Of a DNA stretch of 64,000 nt, positions 9,651 through 18,428 are shown piece by piece. This stretch comes from a virus. The position numbers and the translations under genes are program-made. Each line of letters starts with the position of its first letter. Positions within the stretch are counted from its first letter, which is position 1. Under the pieces are notes generated by a model. That model was not told the origin of the DNA. It saw nothing but the letters and a program-made list of their open reading frames with translations, and did no database searches. The stretch covers positions 1 to 64,000 of IMG/VR virus record IMGVR_UViG_3300009161_000003; one strand, written 5' to 3'.

Positions 9651-10121
9651 GTATTCATTATATACCCGATTTTCTGAATTTCTGAAAAATTTTATATTTG
9701 GGAAAAGTGGTTTTACAGAAATCTGAATATATTTTGCAGATGTACGATACATGTATATGAAAAAAATAAATAAAATAAATTAGTGAGCACACTGTGACAT
9801 GTGCCCACCGTATCTATTTGCTTTACTGTGTACCCTGTACCCACCCATTTAATCCTAATAAATCACAGTCAACCCGCACCCGTGTTGTTTTATTTAATCG
9901 CTTAGGCAAGTCATCAACGAATGTCCGCACCTGTGCTAATTGATCGAATGACATTTTCTTTTCTGTGCCTTGTGTTGTTGTTAGTGTTAGCGTTATCATT
10001 TATTTATCCCCTTCGCATTCGCATGGCATGACTAGCGTTCCTTCTGTACCGTAAAAAACAAATCCTGCGCTGTTACACTCAACGCAATCAACCGCTATAA
10101 CATCTAATAAATTACCCATAA

Positions 10122-10367
10122 TTAGAGCCCCTTATTCCAGTTATATCTTGACATGATCTCAAGATTTAATGCTGTTTTTTCTATCTCGCTCATTGAGTCA
10201 AGGATAGAACGACCCTTAGAGATGTTTTCTCTAATGCGTTGCTTTTCTGATTCATCTAATTCATCACCGCGATATTTTGGTGATGTAGTAGCGTACTGAT
10301 CTACTAGATCCTCTTGATGTGTAAAGTAAGTCATTTGAAGCCTTTCTAAGTAGTGAGATTTTCTCAC
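10122..10367 (-). CDS. Hypothetical early protein
   Basis: Downstream of a leftward TTGATA-17-TATAAT promoter (~10383-10411). Confidence 0.5.
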   Translation of the reverse strand: MRKSHYLERLQMTYFTHQEDLVDQYATTSPKYRGDELDESEKQRIRENISKGRSILDSMSEIEKTALNLEIMSRYNWNKGL

Positions 10368-10642
10368 TCTCTCTTATACCGAATTATACACGAGCCCACC
10401 GACAATATCAAATCTATAATTGGGCGATTCTGGACATATTGCCAAAGTGTAATGCAACTCACATACCATACTAGGACAAAACGGACACACCCCTTGGGCC
10501 CCGCCCGAAATGTCCGATTTGTACTGTGATGTATCTAACAAAAATACTTTTGGAAATGTCCGATTTGTATGCATGTCTAATTTGAATATAAGCCTAGAAA
10601 ATGGTAAACTTGCCTATAACAACAACAAGAAAGGTGGTCAAT

Positions 10643-10822
10643 ATGACTACACTAATGCTAAATAAAATCCACACTCACACCCCTTTGGTGAGTGCTATCT
10701 CTACCTATAACGAGATCGCATATACCATATGCGTTGAGTGTGATCAAAACATTGAGTCATTTTATATTGACTTTGATAATGACCGCTTAGGTCGTTGGAG
10801 TAAATGGGAGGTATCAGTATGA
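10643..10822 (+). CDS. Hypothetical Zn-binding early protein
   Basis: GAAAGG SD; HTH...CVEC. Confidence 0.6.
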   Translation: MTTLMLNKIHTHTPLVSAISTYNEIAYTICVECDQNIESFYIDFDNDRLGRWSKWEVSV

Positions 10823-11163
10823 TAAAAAAATGTATGTGTTGCGATTCCCCTGCTTGGGTATCGAAAAAAAATATCCCTGCTATGTGTGATAATTGCATCG
10901 GTAAAAATGTGAGTAACTTGGAGGTATCAAGATGAACTACTGGGCTCTACTCTCCCTAATATCTGCTGGACTCGTTGCGCTTGCTGGCGTGTTAGCCTTT
11001 GGCTTATTGCTAAGGGCTGAGAAATATGGGTGGGATAAATGAAATGTGGGCTATCTCACAAAACTAATTTAATAAATGTCCGATTTATCCGCATTTTGGA
11101 TTGGTGTTTGTCAGTGGCTTAGGCTAGACTTAGAATATAACAACAACGAAGGGAAAACCTATA

Positions 11164-11352
11164 ATGATGACAAGAAAAGACTATGTTAATGTATCGGATA
11201 TTTTGCGAGCATATCAAGATGAGATTGCTCAAACTTTATTCGAGGATTTAATAATGGATTTCGCAGATTTCTTTCAAGCAGATAACGATAATTTCTCACC
11301 AGAGAAATTTGAAAATGCTTGCTACAATTCTACTATGAAAGTTGGTGCGTAA
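11164..11352 (+). CDS. Hypothetical early protein
   Basis: MTRKDY...F..DN.NF...KF..AC; promoter and SD upstream. Confidence 0.65.
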   Translation: MMTRKDYVNVSDILRAYQDEIAQTLFEDLIMDFADFFQADNDNFSPEKFENACYNSTMKVGA

Positions 11353-11582
11353 TGAGTTACACTTATTCTTTTGATCGTGTTACACCAGAAACCGAAGGGT
11401 ATGGAGATACAATTTTCGATACCCCAGAAAACAACACCGAGCCACCAGCAGATTTATTTTCTGATTTATCAGATTGGGCAGATTGGACAGATGAGGACTT
11501 AGCAGAATATGAGGCTTACTATGAGGAACACTATGACGAAACAGAGGAACTACAACAGGAAGCGAGAAACAACAATGAATAA
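11352..11582 (+). CDS. Highly acidic small protein
   Basis: TAATG coupling; D/E-rich. Confidence 0.55.
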   Translation: MSYTYSFDRVTPETEGYGDTIFDTPENNTEPPADLFSDLSDWADWTDEDLAEYEAYYEEHYDETEELQQEARNNNE

Positions 11583-11778
11583 CACTCTAACAGTAGAAAC
11601 CCCTATCGTGTTTAAGCACACAATAAACCTAAACGACTATCCAGAGTTTAATCAATTGAGTGAGGAAAAAATAAAAACTTTCCTTACTGAAATGGTTGTC
11701 GCTGTCTTTGAATTAAAAGAAACAGAAAAGAAAGTCAATAAGTACAACAATGGATCTTATTGTGAGGTGGTTGCGTAA
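11575..11778 (+). CDS. Hypothetical early protein
   Basis: Coupled ORF. Confidence 0.55.
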   Translation: MNNTLTVETPIVFKHTINLNDYPEFNQLSEEKIKTFLTEMVVAVFELKETEKKVNKYNNGSYCEVVA

Positions 11779-12086
11779 TGGGTAGAATGTTATCTAGTGA
11801 GTTGGCTAGTGGGGATTTTGGTATCCCCCTAGAAAGTGCAATGACTTATCACTTGCGGAATAATCACTACCCGCCAGTGCCTCATTCTATGGTGTCGGTA
11901 TGTATTGAAGCAATTGATGCATATAGTGACGGACTACCAGAAAAACTAATTGCGCTACCTTGCGACGGATTAGATAGAAACGGCGAGCCATTCCAAATTA
12001 CTTGGAGAGGTGAGCGATTTGCACCAGCAAATGCAATTATTGAAGCAAACCACTTATGGGAATGGGTGACATATGACAACGACTAA
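11778..12086 (+). CDS. Hypothetical early protein
   Basis: HLRNNHYPPVP...HL motif; GAGG SD. Confidence 0.65.
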   Translation: MGRMLSSELASGDFGIPLESAMTYHLRNNHYPPVPHSMVSVCIEAIDAYSDGLPEKLIALPCDGLDRNGEPFQITWRGERFAPANAIIEANHLWEWVTYDND

Positions 12087-12557
12087 AACACTACAAGAAA
12101 AACTAGATGAAGCATCCTTAGCATTAGAGCCAGTGCTTTGGGAAATACTAAAAGAAATTGAGGAAAATTAAAATGATAACAAACTTAGATATAATCGCTA
12201 TAACAATTGCACTTGCAGGATCTTGCTTAGTAATGATTTTGCAATTTAATTATATTAGAAAACAAAAAGATAGTATTTATATTTTGCAAACTCTAAACAA
12301 AAAACTCATGCATAGAAAATAACAAAAGCCCTTCGGGGCCCAGGGGCCAATGTCCGATTTGTGTAGAATCTCCCAGGAATTGACTTTGCCTTAACTAAAT
12401 GATAAAATTATCCTATGACAAAAAAAACAGATGAGGAGTTACGTATCCTTATGGAGTTACGTAGATCTAATGCTGCCTCCTATGTCCCGTCAAAAAAAGT
12501 TTACGTACGTAAGAAAAAAACCCCCAAATTGTCAGTGGAGGAAGGTATAATAGAACT

Positions 12558-13280
12558 ATGAACCCTAAACTAAAAAGATCAAACGATAGAAAGGTTGCCA
12601 ATGCTGTCAGTCCTAATGGTAAGACTGCAACAATTGCTAACACCTTTGGCCTCCCCGCTGGTAAAGCATTCTCATGTCCAGGAGAAACTCCTACCTGCAA
12701 AAAAGTCTGCTACGCAGGAAAGTTAGAAAAGATTTACAAGGGAGTAAGAGATAACCTGCTCCATAATTGGGACCTATTAAAAGACGCTAGCCAGGACACA
12801 ATGCAATTATTATTAATGGATATGATTGCAGACTTTAAAAAGGATTGCGATAAGCGCAATGCAGAAAAACTATTCCGCATTCACTGGGACGGTGATTTCT
12901 TCAATGATACTTACACCAACGCCTGGAAAGAAACTATTCTTAATCATCCCGATGTACAATTCTGGGTCTACACAAGAGTAGAGAGCGCTGCAGGCATTCT
13001 AAAAGATATTACAAACTTATCTTTATATTATTCAACCGACGACGACAACAAGAATATTGCACAAGGTCTCTCTAGTCAAGGAATAAAACTGGCCTATCTT
13101 TCACAAACCTTTGCACAAGGTAAAGAAGACATGCTCAACCTTATTGGCAAGAGTGGCGTTAAGTGTCCTGAGAACAATAAGAAAATTCCTCTCATCTCTA
13201 AGGCAGGGTCTGCATGCGTTACCTGTGGCCAATGCGTATATGAGAGAAATGATATTCTATTCTCTGCTAGTAAGAAGTGA
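12558..13280 (+). CDS. GP88-like protein (radical-SAM-like Cys cluster)
   Basis: CPG...C.K.CYA, FRIHWDGDF, FWVYTR, C..C..C. Confidence 0.75.
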   Translation: MNPKLKRSNDRKVANAVSPNGKTATIANTFGLPAGKAFSCPGETPTCKKVCYAGKLEKIYKGVRDNLLHNWDLLKDASQDTMQLLLMDMIADFKKDCDKRNAEKLFRIHWDGDFFNDTYTNAWKETILNHPDVQFWVYTRVESAAGILKDITNLSLYYSTDDDNKNIAQGLSSQGIKLAYLSQTFAQGKEDMLNLIGKSGVKCPENNKKIPLISKAGSACVTCGQCVYERNDILFSASKK

Positions 13281-13498
13281 TTTGACTATCCCCTGCCAAA
13301 ATGGTAAAATTGAACTGTCCGAAAGGAATATAATATGGAGTGGCTCGTATTTATACTTATATCCATATTACTAATAAATGGTATGGGTCATAAGTGAAAT
13401 GTCCGAATTGTCCTGTGGTGTATCTCACACCGCTAGGATTTGAATTATAGCCCTCAAACTGCTATAATTGAACTATCAACAAACGAAAGGAAGCAAAA

Positions 13499-13651
13499 AT
13501 GGGAAACTATCAAATCGGAGATAACTACACAACTCTAAAATCTGGAGTTACTGGCGTTATCAAGGAAATCCACCCACAAGCATCTGGCTCGGTGCGTGTT
13601 CTGCTTGATGTAAGCGGAAAAGAGCGTTGGACAACTTGGTCTGCTGAATAA
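13499..13651 (+). CDS. Small SH3-like protein (50 aa)
   Basis: Promoter TTGAAT-17-TATAAT and GAAAGG SD; MGNYQIGD...RWTTW. Confidence 0.6.
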   Translation: MGNYQIGDNYTTLKSGVTGVIKEIHPQASGSVRVLLDVSGKERWTTWSAE

Positions 13652-13660
13652 GCAAATCAA

Positions 13661-13694
13661 ATCTCACCTGAGTATGTGAAAGATAAACTGCTCA
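13661..13694 (+). ncRNA. Repeated H-type pseudoknot motif, copy 1
   Basis: ATCTCAC-CTGAGTAT-GTGAAAGAT-AAAC-TGCTCA. Confidence 0.7.
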
Positions 13695-13728
13695 CCCCTT
13701 TAACCCCTAACAGAAAGTGAACCCGAAT

Positions 13729-14151
13729 ATGTCAAGAGCAAAAGCAATCTCAGTAAAAATCGCAACACCTAAAGTAATTAAGGCACTAGAGCAATCATTA
13801 AATAAACTAGAACTTGATTGGACTTCTCAAGAAGCACAAGAAGCAAAATACCAGAAGTCTATGGAAAAGTGGAAAAAGGAAGTTATTGACTATGCAGTAG
13901 CAAACATCAAGAAGGCAGAAAACTTCCGTACCAATTATCGTTCTTGGAACAACACTCTCAATGTAGATTTTGACATCATCACAAAGGAAGGCAACTTCCC
14001 TACTGAACCAACTAAGGACTATGTAGTTTTGCATCATCACTCATACAATGAGCAGAAAGAGGAAATCTCAAACGCAATTCGTATTCTCAAGATGACAGAT
14101 GAGGAAGTTGTCAATACTTCCACATACAATGCAGTTGCCCGTTATCTGTAA
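13729..14151 (+). CDS. Hypothetical early protein
   Basis: ORF track; coiled-coil. Confidence 0.7.
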   Translation: MSRAKAISVKIATPKVIKALEQSLNKLELDWTSQEAQEAKYQKSMEKWKKEVIDYAVANIKKAENFRTNYRSWNNTLNVDFDIITKEGNFPTEPTKDYVVLHHHSYNEQKEEISNAIRILKMTDEEVVNTSTYNAVARYL

Positions 14152-14239
14152 ATAATCTTGGGGAGGTAGAATAATTCCATTTTCCTCCACCTCCCCATCT
14201 CAAAAATAGACGGGCAAGCAAACGCCCTGATACTACTAA

Positions 14240-14267
14240 CACCCTGAGCAAGGTGAAAAACTGCTCA
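14240..14267 (+). ncRNA. Pseudoknot motif, copy 2
   Basis: CACC-CTGAGCAA-GGTG-AAAAAC-TGCTCA. Confidence 0.75.
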
Positions 14268-14366
14268 CCAAAAAATTGCCCACGGGCCGATGTGATCTTG
14301 CTCACAATGTCCGATTAGTACCTTTTAAGATTGGCTATTGTCAGCCCTATCTGCTAAGATTAGAAT

Positions 14367-14687
14367 ATGACAACGAAAGGAACCCCTATGGAAAACCCCC
14401 TAATGGAAAAGATCGCAGACGAAACAATGGCAGGTGTACACTCAGAGGAAATCACAAGTGAGGCAAGTGCCTTGCTCGCAAGTATTGGAGAAGGTGTAGA
14501 CTTAAACACAATTATGCGAGAGTTGTATAATTATTCTTTAAGTGTTGCCGCTATGACCGCAACCAGAATTGTGCCTTTCTTTCTTAGTGAGAAAGAAATT
14601 GACAATGAAATTGACAAGGCAGTAAAGCATAACGAAACACAGTTAATAAATGAAATTGAATTATTCCTACAATCGGAAGGACAGTAA
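14367..14687 (+). CDS. Hypothetical early protein
   Basis: ORF track; alternative SD-led start at 14388. Confidence 0.65.
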   Translation: MTTKGTPMENPLMEKIADETMAGVHSEEITSEASALLASIGEGVDLNTIMRELYNYSLSVAAMTATRIVPFFLSEKEIDNEIDKAVKHNETQLINEIELFLQSEGQ

Positions 14688-14688
14688 T

Positions 14689-15072
14689 ATGCAAGCAACA
14701 GATACAGAGTTACGCATTGAAATCGAAAGACTAACGCAATTACAAAAAGATACCAAAACAATATCAGAGAGCAACTTTCAGTTATATTTAAAGTTGCAAG
14801 ATAATGTCAGATCTTTTTTTCAAGAACACGTTGGCGGTGGCGAGGACAATGTGTATGTCAGTCTTAATTCAATTAATTCTTTCTTAGCAGAGAATAGTAT
14901 TGAAACAATCAAAAAAACTTTTGCTGTTTATTTTACTATCGACGGGTATGCAGAAGTCGAAGCAGAATCAGCAGAGGAAGCCAGCGATATGTGTAGCAAC
15001 ATTGAAGCGTCATCTTGGGATATAGAAATTTCAAGTTCCGAGTTAAGCATTGATGCTGTAACACCACTATAA
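14689..15072 (+). CDS. Hypothetical protein
   Basis: VEAESAEEA motif common in small phage proteins. Confidence 0.65.
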   Translation: MQATDTELRIEIERLTQLQKDTKTISESNFQLYLKLQDNVRSFFQEHVGGGEDNVYVSLNSINSFLAENSIETIKKTFAVYFTIDGYAEVEAESAEEASDMCSNIEASSWDIEISSSELSIDAVTPL

Positions 15073-15089
15073 AATTCCTATAGGGGAAT

Positions 15090-15117
15090 AGACCTAGCCA
15101 AGTCTTAAAACTGGCTA
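15090..15117 (+). ncRNA. Pseudoknot motif, copy 3 (covariant)
   Basis: AGAC-CTAGCCAA-GTCT-TAAAAC-TGGCTA. Confidence 0.75.
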
Positions 15118-15229
15118 CCGCCCCTGGGCGATGTCCGTTTTGTACCATTTACAATCTTTTAGTCTTAGGATTTGACTTTGGCTCACCTATCCTGTAAAAT
15201 TAGAATATCAACAAAACGAAAGGAATAAA

Positions 15230-16204
15230 ATGGCTCATGAGTTAGAAAGCGATAAATCATTCGCTTCATTTAGACAACCTGCTTGGCATGGTTTAGGTAC
15301 TGTGTTTCAAGAGGAAGTCAATACAACAGAAATGTTAGAGTTAGCAAATCTTCATAAGTGGGATGTTCGCTTAGAGGATGTTGTTATGCCTACACCGCTA
15401 GTATGCGATAAGAATTATTTTTTTGTTACCCGAACGAATCCATTTATCGCAGGACAAAATGATGTGCTTGGCGTAGTTGGCGAACGCTATCACACTCTAC
15501 AAAATGAGGATCTATTCTCATTCGCTGATGCAATGCTTGATGGTGGTCGTTGGGAAACTGCTGGATCAATCAAGGGTGGTCGTGTAGTATTTGGTTCTAT
15601 TGCACTTAATCGCTCAATCGTGTTAGACCCTAATGGTGTAGCAGATAAAATCGATAACTATCTTTTGGTTCACACCTCACACGATGGTTCTGTATCTATT
15701 CAAGCAAGTGTTACACCTGTGCGTGTAGTATGCGCTAACACTCTTAATATGGCGTTGCGCTCTACTAAGCAATCATTCAAGATTCGCCATACTCAAACTG
15801 CTAATGGTAAAGTTCAAGCAGCCCGTACTGCTCTTGGATTAGCCAATGCGTATCTTGATGACTTTTCTAAAATGGCTAACACCATGATCGAAAAAGAAAT
15901 CAACGCAAAACAATTCAATGATGTTCTACTCGCTGTCTATCCTAAGCCTAATGATGATTCCAAAAAGGCTATGACAATGTGGAAATCAAAAATTGAAGTT
16001 ATCAACGATTTATATGTTGGCGATACAAATCATATGATCGCTGGTAATGCTTGGGGTGCGTTTAACGCAATCACCGAACGCCTAGACTGGTATCGTGGTA
16101 CTGGTGAATCTAAGTTGGCAGCAGCAAGTGGATTTGATTCTGCTATGAACGCAGAAAAGAATCGTATTCTTAAAACTGTTAATGCTGTCCTTCAAGTAGC
16201 ATAA
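15230..16204 (+). CDS. DUF932 / TIGR03299-like phage-plasmid protein
   Basis: PAWHGLG, ETAGS..GG.VVF, SHDGS, TPVRVVCANTL, IRHT. Confidence 0.9.
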   Translation: MAHELESDKSFASFRQPAWHGLGTVFQEEVNTTEMLELANLHKWDVRLEDVVMPTPLVCDKNYFFVTRTNPFIAGQNDVLGVVGERYHTLQNEDLFSFADAMLDGGRWETAGSIKGGRVVFGSIALNRSIVLDPNGVADKIDNYLLVHTSHDGSVSIQASVTPVRVVCANTLNMALRSTKQSFKIRHTQTANGKVQAARTALGLANAYLDDFSKMANTMIEKEINAKQFNDVLLAVYPKPNDDSKKAMTMWKSKIEVINDLYVGDTNHMIAGNAWGAFNAITERLDWYRGTGESKLAAASGFDSAMNAEKNRILKTVNAVLQVA

Positions 16205-16210
16205 CAAAAT

Positions 16211-16237
16211 AATCCTGAGCAAGATTTAAAACTGCTC
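16211..16237 (+). ncRNA. Pseudoknot motif, copy 4
   Basis: AATC-CTGAGCAA-GATT-TAAAAC-TGCTC. Confidence 0.75.
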
Positions 16238-16239
16238 TT

Positions 16240-16313
16240 GGTTCCGTAGCATAGTTGGTTAATGCGCTACCCTGTCACGGTAGAGATCGTGGGTTCAAGT
16301 CCCATCGGAATCG
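16240..16313 (+). tRNA. tRNA-Asp(GTC)
   Basis: Acceptor GGTTCCG/CGGAATC, anticodon arm CTACC-CTGTCAC-GGTAG, T-loop GTTCAAG; CCA not encoded. Confidence 0.95.
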
Positions 16314-16583
16314 CGCCCGTGGGCCCAAACCTTATATCCTATCAAACCTCTATCTTATTTTATCTTCAAACCTCTATTAAGAAGAACTTGCTATTTCCCC
16401 GATCTAGGAGTATAATTAATATATGAACCCAGACCGAGATCGACTAAGTTGGCCTATTACCGTACAAGAGTTAGTTAATGAGATATATGAGGATAATCTT
16501 TATCACTTTGAATTCCAGGAAAATATGGGCGGACCAGAGTGTGATTGTCATCTTCATACCACTATGGAAACTATCGTTAAATA

Positions 16584-16787
16584 TTGGGGGGAATAATGCT
16601 AGGTTTTATAGAAGGAGATCATCTTCCAGATATGGACATAAAAGCATTAAGAGAGTACATCCGTATTCACATAATTTCATTGGAGCAAGATCTGGATATG
16701 GAAGACGGTGCTGATAGCATTGTTCCTTATTTAGAAGGTGCCATTGAAGTATCTAGACATTACTTGAAGGTTTTTGATGACAGATAA
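16584..16787 (+). CDS. Hypothetical protein
   Basis: ORF track. Confidence 0.5.
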   Translation: MGGIMLGFIEGDHLPDMDIKALREYIRIHIISLEQDLDMEDGADSIVPYLEGAIEVSRHYLKVFDDR

Positions 16788-17025
16788 GTATCCCCTTATC
16801 CCGTCGCATTTAGTCAAAGCACTTGAAGATAAGACTATTCCATTAATTGATCTTTTGCACGGCCACCTCAAAGTTGAAATGGTGGACTGTGAAGAAGCCA
16901 TGAAAGATAACCCTGACCGATTTTTGCAGGGATATATGGAGGCCTTGACAAACCTATACTGCATGACGTATAATCTAAGTATAGAACGAGCAGCACTTGA
17001 CAAACAACCATTAAGAACGGTATAA
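16774..17025 (+). CDS. Hypothetical protein
   Basis: ORF track; GYMEALT..Y..TY motif. Confidence 0.55.
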   Translation: MMTDKYPLIPSHLVKALEDKTIPLIDLLHGHLKVEMVDCEEAMKDNPDRFLQGYMEALTNLYCMTYNLSIERAALDKQPLRTV

Positions 17026-17211
17026 TTAATATCCCGACTACCTGAAGGACAATATGAACTCATACGAGATTGAATTAATACATGAGCCCAGCGGGGCTTA
17101 TATGAATTTCATTCTATTCAGTGAACTAAAGCAAGATGACATTGATGTAGCCGAAACAATTTGGGCGGACATGTCAGTAATTGTTTTAGATTATAAAGAA
17201 GGGGATGAATA

Positions 17212-17601
17212 ATGGGATCACGCACTAACTTTCACTTCAAGACTAATGAGGATACTTTAACCTTATACAGTCATTGGGGTGGAGAAGAAAGAAAGAAAGA
17301 CTTGGCTCGTGCAATGTATGCTGCACTACCAAGAAAAGGAGATAAGCCATATGCATTGCGTATTATGGTTTCGCAATTGATTGGGACCTCTTGGGACAAT
17401 GAAACAGGTTATGGCCTGTTTGTAAACGACCCTGCAGGAGCAGAAGAATCATATGGCCATCTTGAAATCAATCTAGACACCTGGACTGTAAACGATGATG
17501 GTAATGTTGTATCAATCGAACACTTCATCAGATACAATTCAGACCTGGTGGCGCTGCCAGATAAATATTTGACACCAGTGCCAGATCCTGCTATAATTTA
17601 A
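17212..17601 (+). CDS. Hypothetical phage protein
   Basis: MG.R.NF...LYSHWGG. Confidence 0.7.
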   Translation: MGSRTNFHFKTNEDTLTLYSHWGGEERKKDLARAMYAALPRKGDKPYALRIMVSQLIGTSWDNETGYGLFVNDPAGAEESYGHLEINLDTWTVNDDGNVVSIEHFIRYNSDLVALPDKYLTPVPDPAII

Positions 17602-17635
17602 TAGTCACACTCAACCCTAACCGAAAGGCAACAAC

Positions 17636-17794
17636 ATGGCAAAAGCAATCAAAGCAAAGACATACCCGTATCTTGAATCTTGGGATACACGTTACGGCAC
17701 CTCAGAGCGCGTCGTTCTTCGTAAGAATGGCAAGTTCGTTGACAACGTCTCCCTAACAGCCCTTAAGCGTGGGCAACGGGTAGCCTCTCGCTAA
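17636..17794 (+). CDS. Small basic protein (52 aa)
   Basis: TTGACA-17-TATAAT promoter, GAAAGG SD, followed by two hairpins. Confidence 0.65.
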   Translation: MAKAIKAKTYPYLESWDTRYGTSERVVLRKNGKFVDNVSLTALKRGQRVASR

Positions 17795-17897
17795 CATGAG
17801 ATAAGGAGAAGGGGTTCTCCCTTATCTACAGGGCACTTGGTCTCTTCACCTTGTGCCCTTTATCTTTTTCTGGTACAATTAAATAGACTGGAGTGAT

Positions 17898-18104
17898 ATG
17901 AGTAGATTCGTTAAACACGCACAAAGTAATGAGGAAAAGGTAGCAATTAAAATTGGTACGCTACTTTCTGATTTTAGATTAGATTTAGAGTCAGTAGGGT
18001 TTTATCTATCTCGGGTAAATCCATTTACTGTTTATCGCAGAATCGCAGAATCAGTAGAGTCAAGTATCGATCAACTAGAAGGAGCACCAACCAGACATGA
18101 TTAG
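17898..18104 (+). CDS. Hypothetical protein
   Basis: GGAG SD. Confidence 0.65.
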   Translation: MSRFVKHAQSNEEKVAIKIGTLLSDFRLDLESVGFYLSRVNPFTVYRRIAESVESSIDQLEGAPTRHD

Positions 18105-18372
18105 TCCATTCAATAAAAGGTTAACCATCCTTTCTGATGTGTACCTACACTACAGAGAAGACGACGAGTTCAAAGAGTTTGCGGACTACAATGACTTGGG
18201 ACTACCCCTAGCACATGTATGCGCTTCAGGCCTTGCTGAGATCAAACCAGACGGTATAGTCTATATAGAGGAAACATATGACCTTCTAATAGATGCTATG
18301 GGACTTGACCCAGATGTAGAGTATAACAGTATCGAAGAAATGATTGACCTATTAGAACCACGAGATGAATAG
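18097..18372 (+). CDS. Hypothetical acidic protein
   Basis: YNDLGLPLA; coupled to the upstream ORF. Confidence 0.65.
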   Translation: MISPFNKRLTILSDVYLHYREDDEFKEFADYNDLGLPLAHVCASGLAEIKPDGIVYIEETYDLLIDAMGLDPDVEYNSIEEMIDLLEPRDE

Positions 18373-18393
18373 CAAAGAATAAGATTAAAACTT

Positions 18394-18428
18394 ATACCTC
18401 CCGTTTCTGCAGCGGGGGGTATTTTTTT
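18394..18428 (+). terminator. Intrinsic terminator
   Basis: ATACCTCCCG...CGGGGGGTAT followed by a T-run. Confidence 0.65.

Larger units (their letters stand above)
10448..15145. promoter_or_regulatory. Repeated early-promoter cassette elements (CRP-like palindromes, TGTCCGWWTTGTMC boxes, GCCCNNGGGC, SigA promoters)
   Basis: Individual coordinates are given in the findings. Confidence 0.8.

Noticed and set aside
9783-9808. Sixth CRP-like site (TGTGACATGTGCCCAC)
   Set aside because: Second half-site is too degenerate and there is no adjacent promoter cassette
13661-16237. Pseudoknot repeat as a hammerhead or HDV-like ribozyme, or as a simple terminator
   Set aside because: Lacks the CUGANGA/GAAA three-stem core and the nested double pseudoknot; four of five copies have no U-tract
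10474-16324. Dispersed repeats read as a CRISPR array
   Set aside because: Spacing is hundreds of bases and irregular, with genes between; there is no constant repeat-spacer period
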